The notes under the pieces are model-generated. The model did no database searches. It saw only the letters and a list, made by a program, of their open reading frames with translations, and had not been told where the DNA came from. Source: a virus. From it: a stretch of DNA of 64,000 bases. Location: IMG/VR virus record IMGVR_UViG_3300045988_145476; one strand, written 5' to 3'. Made by a program: the position numbers and the translations under genes. Positions 1-8,088 of the stretch are shown here, piece by piece. The number at the start of each line of letters is the position of its first letter. Position 1 is the stretch's first letter.

Positions 1-236
1 ACTTTCCGGCATTTTTTATACCTCCTTCCGAATATTCTGATGAAGACCCACAAATACGCTCTTGGCTTGGAACTGTTATGACTTGGCACAAAGGTGCAGC
101 TTTGATGGTTAAAGTCCTTATTGAGAACGAGTACAATTCAAATAAATTTCACCTTCTTTTTCAGTTTGAAAAGGCTTCCTACAAGCTTTTAAAAGCAGGT
201 GACACAGTGGTGAGTATTATCCCTATTAAAAGCTGA
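1..236 (+). CDS. hypothetical protein, 3' end only (5' end lies outside the window)
   Basis: Frame 3 is open from the window edge to TGA 234-236 (...GDTVVSIIPIKS*). Same strand as downstream genes. No motif recognised. Confidence 0.45.
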   Translation, partial: FPAFFIPPSEYSDEDPQIRSWLGTVMTWHKGAALMVKVLIENEYNSNKFHLLFQFEKASYKLLKAGDTVVSIIPIKS

Positions 237-268
237 TTTGGAAAATTCCTAAAAATTTTATATATTTA
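237..268 (+). promoter_or_regulatory. predicted Bacteroidota-type promoter (-33 TTTG / -7 TAnnTTTG)
   Basis: TTTG 237-240, exact 20-nt spacer, TATATTTA 261-268. Has the extended GATTTGGAA -33 context shared by 7 other sites. Confidence 0.55.
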
Positions 269-273
269 CATAT

Positions 274-352
274 AAAGATATTCTTTCTGAAAGTCGGGTC
301 TTTCCTTTCATTGTCTGCCAGATTTCCCCAATTTTCAGACAAGAATATCTTT
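274..352 (+). promoter_or_regulatory. long imperfect inverted repeat in the 5' leader of the helicase gene
   Basis: AAAGATATTCTTTCTGAAA (274-292) pairs with TTTCAGACAAGAATATCTTT (333-352): 19 bp with one bulged G and a 40-nt loop. Lies between the predicted TSS (~273) and ATG 390. Confidence 0.5.
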
Positions 353-389
353 ATTATATTTATCTATATAGTATTAAAAGTATTATAAT

Positions 390-2996
390 ATGAGAGTGTC
401 CAGCAATATCGTAGCCACTTCCAACGAACTTACCAGATATTTTTTGTTGGATGTAACTAAAATCGCAGAAGATTTGACTTTACCCAATCCCGAATACGTT
501 AATCAGATGCGCTTCGGTCGGAAAGGTTCTTTCTATAAGAAGGTTGACAAGAACATCTGTTATCTTAAAAAGACTGGAGATAACTATATCGTCCCCCGTT
601 TTTATGCTCCGTTACCTGTGGGTATTAAAGATGAAACGGTTTCGGGAAGAAAACTCACTTCCTCTTCCAAGATAGTATTGCGTGATTATCAAAAGGAATT
701 TGTGGATGCTAATTCCGATATGTTTAATCATCAAGGACTTCTTATTGAGGCTGCTTGCGGTAGCGGTAAATGTCACGGTAAGGGTACTAAAATACTCATG
801 TATGACGGCTCTATTAAAAATGTTGAAGACATTGTAGTAGGTGATTTGCTTATGGGTGATGATAGTACTCCTCGGAAAGTATTATCTCTTGCACGAGGTA
901 GAGAAGAAATGTTTGTCATTCACCAAAATAAAGGTGAGGATTATACTGTGAATAAGTCCCATATATTATCTTTACAGTATAGACCGTGGGGTTCTAAAAA
1001 CAAAATAAAAAGCCGGCATAGATATGCCCATGAACATTACGGTGAGAAACAAGATATAAACCTTGTTGACTATCTCGATTTTTCTAAATATAAAAAAGCT
1101 CAATATTATGGATACTGTGTTCCTGTTGACTTTCCGGAGGCAGAACTTCCTTTCAGTCCCTATTTGTTAGGATGCTGGTTAGGCGATGGTACTTCAAAAG
1201 AAATATCATTTACTTGCCATAAAAATGACCGCAAATTAATTTCCTATTATAAAGAGGTTTCTAAAAAGTATGGTTTGACCTTTCGGCGGTTTAAACAAAT
1301 AAATAGAGATGGTAGTAGAAACAATTCAAATCTTTACAGACTTGTAGGTTCTCGTGATAATCAAGGGCATTTTTATAATCCACTTTTTGTTCTTTTCCAG
1401 AAAGAGTGTCTTATCAATAATAAACATATTCCGGAAAAATTTCTTGTAAACTCCAGACATAATCGTTTAGAACTTCTTGCCGGCTTGATTGATACAGATG
1501 GTTATGTCCGTAAAGGAACTGTCGAAATTACCCAGAAACGAAAATCTCTTATTGAACAAATACAGAGACTCTGCTGGTCTTTAGGTTTCAAAGCGACAAT
1601 CTCTGAAAAAGTTATTGATAAAGTTTCTTATTGGAAACTTAGTATTATTGGAAATGTCCATGAGATACCTGTCCGTTTATTGCGAAAGAAACTTCCCCCT
1701 CGGTCTATTAATAAAGACCCTTATGTAACTGGCATTTCGATAGAATCTATCGGTGAAGGGGACTATTATGGTTTTACCCTTGACGGAAATCATAGATATT
1801 GTCTTCAAGATGGTACAGTTACACATAACACGATAATGGGTATTTGGTTATCTTATGAACACGGGGTTCAGACTATGGTACTCGTTCCTACTTACTATTT
1901 GGCTAAACAGTGGAAGCAACGCATCGAGGAAACCACCAATGCTTCCGTATTTATTCTTACCGCTAAGGACAAGGAGATACCTACCCAAGCCGATTTTACA
2001 ATCGTTGTCATGGATTTGTTCTCAAGCCGTGTTCTTCCGGAAGAACTTGTGAATAATGTAGGCCATGTAATACTTGACGAAGCGCATCGTGTGGGGGCTG
2101 AAACGTATTTGCCAATACTTGAAGAACTTCCGGCACGCTACCGTACCGCACTTACCGCTACTTTCAGACGTGCTGATGGAGTACACCGGATACTGAAATA
2201 TCATTTCGGAGAACATCTTCAAATGAAAAGCCGTTTTCCCCGACCGCATATTTACGGTGTATTTACGGGTGTCGAAGTAAGAGGCATTCTTTCAAAAAAC
2301 AGACCCCATGATAAGTTCGTGGATTTTCTGGACTCTCTTAATGTTCCTTACCATGAAACAAAGAGTGCGGTTTGTGTCGTTCCCGATAAACGGTGGACTG
2401 AACTGGCGGATAAAATGCTTTCCTCTAAACAGATAAACAAAACGTCTTACCGACAGATTTGCTCGTGTATCTCAAAGGTTTCCAAACTTGCTTACCCCAC
2501 TATCGAAGCATATTTGAACGACCATAGTGGAAGACGGAAGCAGGTTATCTCAATCATACAGGACGCTCTTGATAAAGGAAGAACCGTACTTTTCCTATCC
2601 AAACGAAAGGATACCCTTAGAAGTCTGTACAAGTATTTTGCCGATTATAAGCCTATGCTTATTGTCAGTGAGACTTCCGAACGTACCGCAGAGGAAGAAG
2701 AATATCTTCAAACCAAATGCCCGCTTATTCTCGGTGTTTCCCAGCTTGCTAAAGAGGGTCTTGATATTGACCGGCTTGATACTCTGATTCTTCATCTGCC
2801 TATAAAGGATACCGAACAGGCAGTTGGACGTATCTGCCGGCTTCATCCCGATAAGAAACAGGCGGTCGCTTTGTATTTAGTGGACAACTGCCCTATGACT
2901 TTCGCCACTTATTCCTCAGCCAAGAAAACGTACTTTCCGATAAACGGTAAATTCATGGGTGAACGTAATTTACAAACTATAAAGACTGTATTATGA
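390..2996 (+). CDS. SF2 DEAH-box helicase (ResIII/SNF2-like) interrupted by an intein
   Basis: Extein motifs: Walker A AACGSGK|T (split by the intein), VILDEAHRV (motif II), LTATFRR (III), QAVGRICR (VI). 868-aa ORF. Confidence 0.85.
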   Translation: MRVSSNIVATSNELTRYFLLDVTKIAEDLTLPNPEYVNQMRFGRKGSFYKKVDKNICYLKKTGDNYIVPRFYAPLPVGIKDETVSGRKLTSSSKIVLRDYQKEFVDANSDMFNHQGLLIEAACGSGKCHGKGTKILMYDGSIKNVEDIVVGDLLMGDDSTPRKVLSLARGREEMFVIHQNKGEDYTVNKSHILSLQYRPWGSKNKIKSRHRYAHEHYGEKQDINLVDYLDFSKYKKAQYYGYCVPVDFPEAELPFSPYLLGCWLGDGTSKEISFTCHKNDRKLISYYKEVSKKYGLTFRRFKQINRDGSRNNSNLYRLVGSRDNQGHFYNPLFVLFQKECLINNKHIPEKFLVNSRHNRLELLAGLIDTDGYVRKGTVEITQKRKSLIEQIQRLCWSLGFKATISEKVIDKVSYWKLSIIGNVHEIPVRLLRKKLPPRSINKDPYVTGISIESIGEGDYYGFTLDGNHRYCLQDGTVTHNTIMGIWLSYEHGVQTMVLVPTYYLAKQWKQRIEETTNASVFILTAKDKEIPTQADFTIVVMDLFSSRVLPEELVNNVGHVILDEAHRVGAETYLPILEELPARYRTALTATFRRADGVHRILKYHFGEHLQMKSRFPRPHIYGVFTGVEVRGILSKNRPHDKFVDFLDSLNVPYHETKSAVCVVPDKRWTELADKMLSSKQINKTSYRQICSCISKVSKLAYPTIEAYLNDHSGRRKQVISIIQDALDKGRTVLFLSKRKDTLRSLYKYFADYKPMLIVSETSERTAEEEEYLQTKCPLILGVSQLAKEGLDIDRLDTLILHLPIKDTEQAVGRICRLHPDKKQAVALYLVDNCPMTFATYSSAKKTYFPINGKFMGERNLQTIKTVL
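771..1829 (+). mobile_element. intein (353 aa) with LAGLIDADG homing-endonuclease domain
   Basis: Begins with Cys (TGT 771-773, CHGKGTKILMYDG) and ends ...DGTVTHN (AAC 1827-1829), followed by Thr+1. Internal LGCWLGDGTS and LLAGLIDTDGYV blocks. Excision restores GSGKT. Confidence 0.8.
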
Positions 2997-3202
2997 AAGA
3001 GCTTCCTTTTGGTGAACCGATACAAACGGGCGATAAAGTCCGTATAGGAGATACTACTTATCCCGTTGTTTCCACTACACGGAATTTCTCGTGTGTTCTC
3101 TTGAATAAGAAATCATATCTTACACTTCCTCGGATTTATACAAAGGACTTCGTTACTCCCGATGAAACGGATGTTTCCGCATACAGGGTGTTCCGAGATT
3201 GA
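2993..3202 (+). CDS. hypothetical protein
   Basis: ATG overlaps the helicase stop (ATGA). 69-aa ORF in the co-directional array. No motif recognised. Confidence 0.45.
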   Translation: MKELPFGEPIQTGDKVRIGDTTYPVVSTTRNFSCVLLNKKSYLTLPRIYTKDFVTPDETDVSAYRVFRD

Positions 3203-3234
3203 TTTGGAAGTTTCGCTGTGTTTTCTTATATTTG
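3203..3234 (+). promoter_or_regulatory. predicted Bacteroidota-type promoter
   Basis: GATTTGGAAGT context. TTTG 3203-3206, 20-nt spacer, TATATTTG 3227-3234. Confidence 0.55.
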
Positions 3235-3257
3235 AACCAACTTAAAACTAAAAAATA

Positions 3258-3449
3258 ATGAAACATATCGCACAGGAGCTAACGAAGCTCCTAATCTTTA
3301 CAATCATTTGGGGAGTTCCTCCGTTACTGGCGTACTTAGGGAAAAGTCCTTATTACTTATTCTTTTATATACTATCCTTAATGGAAACCCCTATACTTTT
3401 TTCTCACTACGAAAAACTTAATGGCTATGAGCGAACAGAGGAGGACTAA
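3258..3449 (+). CDS. small membrane protein (hypothetical)
   Basis: 63-aa ORF with hydrophobic stretches (LLIFTIIWGVPPLLAYL, YYLFFYILSL). Confidence 0.4.
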   Translation: MKHIAQELTKLLIFTIIWGVPPLLAYLGKSPYYLFFYILSLMETPILFSHYEKLNGYERTEED

Positions 3450-4071
3450 ACGATTGCTGCTCCGCAGGGGAGCTACAAAAGACAAACTTAGCGTATTTGC
3501 CGATAACAAAGGAAACGAGTATGACTACAAATGGGTAGCTCAAGTCGCTTCCTTTTATAATCTGATTATGGGATGCTTCAAGAACGGTTTCCCCGTAGTA
3601 GTTCCCAGACTCATTTATGACGCTTGGGCATTTTACCCTTTCTTTTTTGTTCGCAGGGACATTAAAGTGAAAGACCCTATTTCTGAATTAAACCATGAGC
3701 GTATCCATATAAGACAACAACGGGACATTCACCTTACGGTTAGCTTACCCGTTCTTTTGCTTTGTTGGTGCTCGGAATGGTACGGATGGTTCCCAGTTCT
3801 TCCCGTTCTTTTTATAATTCCTTTCATACCTACGATTTTTTACGGGCTTGAGATGCTTCGTTCGTGGAGAAATATGGTTATTGATAATGAACGTTATCCG
3901 AATGAACCGCAGAGGAAAATAACATTCCGGACGGTACGTGAGAATACTTGCTTTGAACGGGAGTCTATAAGTAGAGCCACCAATGCGAAATACTTGTATC
4001 ACCGTAAATTTTGGGCGGTGCTTGCTTATACCGGATGGAAACCGTTCCTAAAATATGGTATGGACAAATAA
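3421..4071 (+). CDS. membrane protein with HExxH metallopeptidase-like motif (M56/BlaR1-like?)
   Basis: LNHERIHIRQQRD motif followed by hydrophobic segments (LPVLLLCWC, VLPVLFIIPFIPTIFYGL). Start uncertain (overlaps the previous ORF). Confidence 0.4.
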   Translation: MAMSEQRRTKRLLLRRGATKDKLSVFADNKGNEYDYKWVAQVASFYNLIMGCFKNGFPVVVPRLIYDAWAFYPFFFVRRDIKVKDPISELNHERIHIRQQRDIHLTVSLPVLLLCWCSEWYGWFPVLPVLFIIPFIPTIFYGLEMLRSWRNMVIDNERYPNEPQRKITFRTVRENTCFERESISRATNAKYLYHRKFWAVLAYTGWKPFLKYGMDK

Positions 4072-4082
4072 ACAGTACGGCT

Positions 4083-4313
4083 ATGATTATACTTAATGAA
4101 AATTCCCCAAAGGAAACTTATGATGAACTTTACAAATTAGCGGTAGGCGATGTCTTTAAAATCGAAGCCGATTATGAAACTGTTATGCTACGTATTCAGA
4201 GTGCTAAACCGTATCCCTTTGAGGTGTTCCCTATTACTCCGGGTACCTCTTTATACACGTTATACGGGTGCGACCACATGGTGGTGACTTTGAATGAGGG
4301 CATAACAGATTGA
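4083..4313 (+). CDS. hypothetical protein
   Basis: First ATG downstream of the preceding stop (4071) within track ORF 4011..4313. No motif recognised. Confidence 0.4.
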   Translation: MIILNENSPKETYDELYKLAVGDVFKIEADYETVMLRIQSAKPYPFEVFPITPGTSLYTLYGCDHMVVTLNEGITD

Positions 4314-4323
4314 TACAGAGCGA

Positions 4324-4355
4324 TTTGGAAGTTAACTTATAAACAACTATATTTG
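4324..4355 (+). promoter_or_regulatory. predicted Bacteroidota-type promoter
   Basis: GATTTGGAAGT context. TTTG 4324-4327, 20-nt spacer, TATATTTG 4348-4355. Confidence 0.55.
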
Positions 4356-4423
4356 TATATCATTTTAAAACAAACGTTCGGTCTACCGACCGGCAAATAT
4401 TAATCTTTTAAATTTATATTATT

Positions 4424-5320
4424 ATGGTAATCGGAAAAATTAAACCGAGCGCTACTCTTGTAGCACAATTCGCAGCAGGTGTTGAAGTTGAAGCAATCCA
4501 ACACGATGGAAAAATGTTTTTACCCGTAGTTTCACTGGGTGAGTTTGGCGCAACAGAAGTCCCTTCTGATTCTCCTGCACGGGAACCTAAACCTGACAAG
4601 AAGCCTGCTCCCGCTGCACCTGCCGAAACGTCTGACGTGAAGACGTACACGAAAGACGAACTCATGGATATGGAGTCCAAAGAGTTGATTAAAATCTTGA
4701 AGAACGATTACTCCATTGACCCCGATGATTACGATGGAAAGAACACGAACAAGAAACTTCGTGACCTTATTCTGAAAGCTCAAGAGGAAAACGGTGGTGA
4801 CGATGCCGAGAATGACGACGAGAAGCCTGCACCGAAGAGAGGTAAAGACGCTCCGAAAGAAGACGAGGGCGGTGATGATTTGACCGACAAAGTTGCTGAC
4901 CTGCTTGAGGAGTTTGACGATGGCACCCGTAACAAAAAGAAGACCATTGAAGCAATCTGCAATTTGGTAGACGATGCCGACAAAGATGCAATCACCGAAC
5001 TTATTGACAACTTTGAAGAAGACGGTGACGCTTCCATAGACGATACTGCCGAGGAAATCGCCAACGCCCTTAGTGGTGAAAAGAAGAAACCTGCACCGAA
5101 GAAACGTGGTGAAAAATCAAAAAAGGAAGAACTCGTTGAGGCGGATGACCTCGAAGTCGGCGACCGAGTTTCCGTTTACTGGAATGACGAGAACAAGGAA
5201 TGGTATGACGGTGAAGTAGACTCAATCAAAAAGGGTAAAGTTCACGTTGCCTACGATGATGGCAGTGATGATTTCATAGACCCGAAAATCCATACTAAGA
5301 TTAAGAGACTTGCCAAGTAA
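4424..5320 (+). CDS. acidic/Lys-rich protein with HeH(SAP/Rho-N)-like motif and C-terminal Tudor-like domain
   Basis: ELMDMESKELIKILKNDY...NKKLRDLILKAQEE (HeH-like). Long D/E-rich low-complexity middle. KKKPAPKKRGEKSKK. C-terminal VGDRVSVYWNDENKEWYDGEVDSIKKGKVHVAYDDGS (Tudor/Agenet-like). Confidence 0.6.
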   Translation: MVIGKIKPSATLVAQFAAGVEVEAIQHDGKMFLPVVSLGEFGATEVPSDSPAREPKPDKKPAPAAPAETSDVKTYTKDELMDMESKELIKILKNDYSIDPDDYDGKNTNKKLRDLILKAQEENGGDDAENDDEKPAPKRGKDAPKEDEGGDDLTDKVADLLEEFDDGTRNKKKTIEAICNLVDDADKDAITELIDNFEEDGDASIDDTAEEIANALSGEKKKPAPKKRGEKSKKEELVEADDLEVGDRVSVYWNDENKEWYDGEVDSIKKGKVHVAYDDGSDDFIDPKIHTKIKRLAK

Positions 5321-5342
5321 GCCCGATTACCGTAAGTTGATT

Positions 5343-5379
5343 ATAGCCGAGGGTAGTAAAATATCTTCGGCTATTTTTG
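5343..5379 (+). terminator. rho-independent terminator
   Basis: ATAGCCGA (5343-5350) / TCGGCTAT (5367-5374) 8-bp stem followed by a T-run 5374-5378. 23 nt after the stop of 4424..5320. Confidence 0.6.
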
Positions 5380-5403
5380 TTTCCTAACTTAAATTATTAC
5401 ACC

Positions 5404-5685
5404 ATGAATAAAGAAGAACTTATTAGACAGGTTGCGAAAATCGCACGAAAGAGTCAGGCTGATACTGCCGATGTTATCGAAGCATTGGTAAACGTTATCC
5501 AGCATACTGTTGTTAATGAGCCTATCAATATTCCGGGTATCGGTAAATTCTCTGTACGTGCCCGTAAGGGTTTTGTAACGAGAAGTCCTTTCACTGGTGA
5601 ACAACAGATAACCGTTCCCGACAGATTGGCTTTCAAATTTACCCCTTGTGATGCAATCAAAAGAAAGTTGAACGCTAAAAAGTAA
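5404..5685 (+). CDS. HU/IHF-family histone-like DNA-binding protein
   Basis: MNKEELIRQVA...VIEALVNVI...PGIGKFSVRARKGFVTRSPFTGEQQITVPDRLAFKFTP matches the HU fold signature. Start taken at ATG 5404. Confidence 0.85.
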   Translation: MNKEELIRQVAKIARKSQADTADVIEALVNVIQHTVVNEPINIPGIGKFSVRARKGFVTRSPFTGEQQITVPDRLAFKFTPCDAIKRKLNAKK

Positions 5686-5689
5686 AGCT

Positions 5690-6154
5690 ATGCCAGAAAG
5701 AAAAAGTAAACCCAAGAAGTCCTCTGAACTTTCCAATGAGGAAATGGCACTTCTTGGTATTCAATACGTAAACAAGAAGGAAGCTATTAAGGAGCTTGAC
5801 AAACAGTGTAAGGAACTCCGTTCCCCGCTTGAGAGCTACCTTGAATCTTCGGGTAAGGTAACTTCCACCGGCTCCCGTCTTGCCATTCTTCCTTATGCGG
5901 ATGTGGACGTTACGCTTAAACATACATGCAGGGAAAGTTACCAACTTCTTCCCGAAGCCGCTGATGTCCTCAAAGAACTTGGTTTCTCAGAGTGTATCGA
6001 ACTTGTTCCCGTAATACGTGAGGACAAGATTGATGTTCTTGTCGAAGCCGGTAAAATATCACCGGAAGATTTGGCCCGCATCTATGTTCCCAAAACGAGC
6101 TATGCGTTCAGTGTTGACATTAAGGAGAGATTCGATGAAAAAGGAATTGACTAA
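5690..6154 (+). CDS. hypothetical protein
   Basis: 154-aa ORF directly after HU. No motif recognised. Confidence 0.5.
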   Translation: MPERKSKPKKSSELSNEEMALLGIQYVNKKEAIKELDKQCKELRSPLESYLESSGKVTSTGSRLAILPYADVDVTLKHTCRESYQLLPEAADVLKELGFSECIELVPVIREDKIDVLVEAGKISPEDLARIYVPKTSYAFSVDIKERFDEKGID

Positions 6155-6461
6155 CTCTCGTTGTGAGAAGACGCTTAATATCGGTGGTGAACTTATCAAG
6201 ATGGTTACTGTAATGGGTCTTGCCCAAATAGTAGGAAAGAGTAGACGTACTATCCAACGGTACGAAGAAGTGGGTATCTTCCCACCCGCTCCTATTATCT
6301 ATAAGGACAGACGTTATTACTCTCTCGCCCTCGCACATAAGCTCCGACCTTTGGTTATGCTTATTCCGGGTAACAAGAAACCGCCCGCTGAACTGCTCAC
6401 CGAGATAAACAAACTGTTTAACGAAGAAAGGAATTATTATGCCAGTAAAGAAAATCGCTGA
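6135..6461 (+). CDS. MerR-like helix-turn-helix protein
   Basis: MVTVMGLAQIVGKSRRTIQRYEEVGIFPP resembles a MerR-type HTH. Start at ATG 6135 chosen to minimise overlap. Confidence 0.5.
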   Translation: MKKELTNSRCEKTLNIGGELIKMVTVMGLAQIVGKSRRTIQRYEEVGIFPPAPIIYKDRRYYSLALAHKLRPLVMLIPGNKKPPAELLTEINKLFNEERNYYASKENR

Positions 6462-6693
6462 TACAGAAACAATTGAAAGTTTGCGACAGAACGGAGCAAC
6501 TGTTTACTATGAGAAGTCTGTAACGAAAAACATGGGGGATTATAACTCCGCTAAAGTTACAGTAGGTATCACCTTACCGATTAAGCCTACAAAGGAAGAA
6601 ATTGAGTATATCAAGGATACCATTGAAGTAGCTGACGAGATAGTTACTGACGAGATTGAAAACCAAGTTGCAGAGTTATTAGACGATAAATAG
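6439..6693 (+). CDS. small acidic protein (hypothetical)
   Basis: 84-aa ORF with an E/D-rich C-terminal half (EEIEYIKDTIEVADEIVTDEIENQVAELLDDK). Confidence 0.45.
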   Translation: MPVKKIADTETIESLRQNGATVYYEKSVTKNMGDYNSAKVTVGITLPIKPTKEEIEYIKDTIEVADEIVTDEIENQVAELLDDK

Positions 6694-6694
6694 T

Positions 6695-7468
6695 ATGAAC
6701 GCACTTTTGGGATTACGGAAGTCGATGCCTATTACGGGGGTTATCCCGTTTAAATATCTACTCTATGCGGCTTTACTCTCAAACGTTGTGCAGTATGTAG
6801 AGGATGATACCAAATGGGGAATATTCGTTGAGACAGAAAGTGACCTCTATGATTACTTTCCCGATTGGACTTCTTCGGATGAACGACTTGATGAAGTTTA
6901 CAACGCTTTACAGGAACTCGCTGATGAAGGGTTCATTTTTTTCGATGATGATGAACGAATATTTCTCGGAGAGTTTCGGGGAAGGAAGTTTTTCCCATTT
7001 GAGGCTAAAACCTCTTTGTATAGTGAGGCACATGAACTTCTTGAAGATTCTCTTGAACAGTTCAGTAAAAGTAAGTCAGGAGTATGCCGTTCCCGCAGCA
7101 GGTTTATCCGTTCCAAAATTTCGGATATGCTTGAAAAGGGAATTGAAAAACTTACTCCGGGTGACTTTACGGAACTTCATGGTTACTTGTACGAAATTTA
7201 TACGGGCGGTGAGATATACAATCTCCGTAATAAAGTGGAATACTTCCAGACATCAAACATGCTAAAGGCGTATGATAAATCTACGGTTTTCGCACTTCTT
7301 GTTGAAGGAGTTCTCCACTTTGACAAATATCGGAAGAAAGGTGTTCCCACGCTTACTACGGTAGCCTGTATGAAAGATGATGTAATGCGTTCCCTTACTC
7401 ATAAGGATGCTGGTTCCAAAGAGTATATGCGGGAAATGAGTAGTTCGACCAGCGGTAGTGGATTTTAA
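6695..7468 (+). CDS. hypothetical protein (possible replication initiator; position only)
   Basis: 257-aa ORF immediately upstream of the DnaC-like and DnaB-like genes. No motif recognised with confidence. Confidence 0.45.
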   Translation: MNALLGLRKSMPITGVIPFKYLLYAALLSNVVQYVEDDTKWGIFVETESDLYDYFPDWTSSDERLDEVYNALQELADEGFIFFDDDERIFLGEFRGRKFFPFEAKTSLYSEAHELLEDSLEQFSKSKSGVCRSRSRFIRSKISDMLEKGIEKLTPGDFTELHGYLYEIYTGGEIYNLRNKVEYFQTSNMLKAYDKSTVFALLVEGVLHFDKYRKKGVPTLTTVACMKDDVMRSLTHKDAGSKEYMREMSSSTSGSGF

Positions 7469-7470
7469 GT

Positions 7471-8088
7471 ATGGATAAAGTATCTGATTATTATCTCATG
7501 TGTGGTATAAAGAAAGGATGGCACTCCAAATCACTGGACGATTTTACCAATGATGATGAAGCCCTTGCCCACGTGAAGAATTATTTGCGTAAATTTGCCG
7601 AAGCTAAAGAAAGCGGTGTCGGTCTGTATTTATGGGGAAGTAACGGCACTGGTAAGACACATCTTATGTGCTGTGCGTTTAAAGAACTTATCAGTCGTAA
7701 GCAGACGGTACGGGTATTTACCATAGATGAAATCGTAGACCAGTTCACCGCTTCTTGGTATTCCCCCGAACATAAACGGGAGCTTAACCACATGTTACGG
7801 ACGGTTGATTTTTTGGGAATTGACGAGTTCGGTAAGAATGTCGGTAAAGACGGGGAAGCGATATATCTTCCGGATATGGTGAAACGTATTATGGAGTCAG
7901 TTATCCGCTTTCGTGTACAGATGAAACGACCGATATGGTTTTCTTCTAACACAGACCCTAAGTTTGTTCGGGAAGTGTTCTCCGAGGACATTGCTTCATT
8001 ACTTAATGAAGCGGTTATTGACGTATGTGTTCGTGGAGAGGACTATCGGAAAATTGTTCAACGCAATAATAAAAAGAGGTTCTTATGA
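7471..8088 (+). CDS. DnaC/IstB-like AAA+ helicase-loader ATPase
   Basis: Walker A LWGSNGTGKTHL and Walker B FLGIDEFG. ATGA overlap with the downstream helicase gene. Confidence 0.75.
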   Translation: MDKVSDYYLMCGIKKGWHSKSLDDFTNDDEALAHVKNYLRKFAEAKESGVGLYLWGSNGTGKTHLMCCAFKELISRKQTVRVFTIDEIVDQFTASWYSPEHKRELNHMLRTVDFLGIDEFGKNVGKDGEAIYLPDMVKRIMESVIRFRVQMKRPIWFSSNTDPKFVREVFSEDIASLLNEAVIDVCVRGEDYRKIVQRNNKKRFL

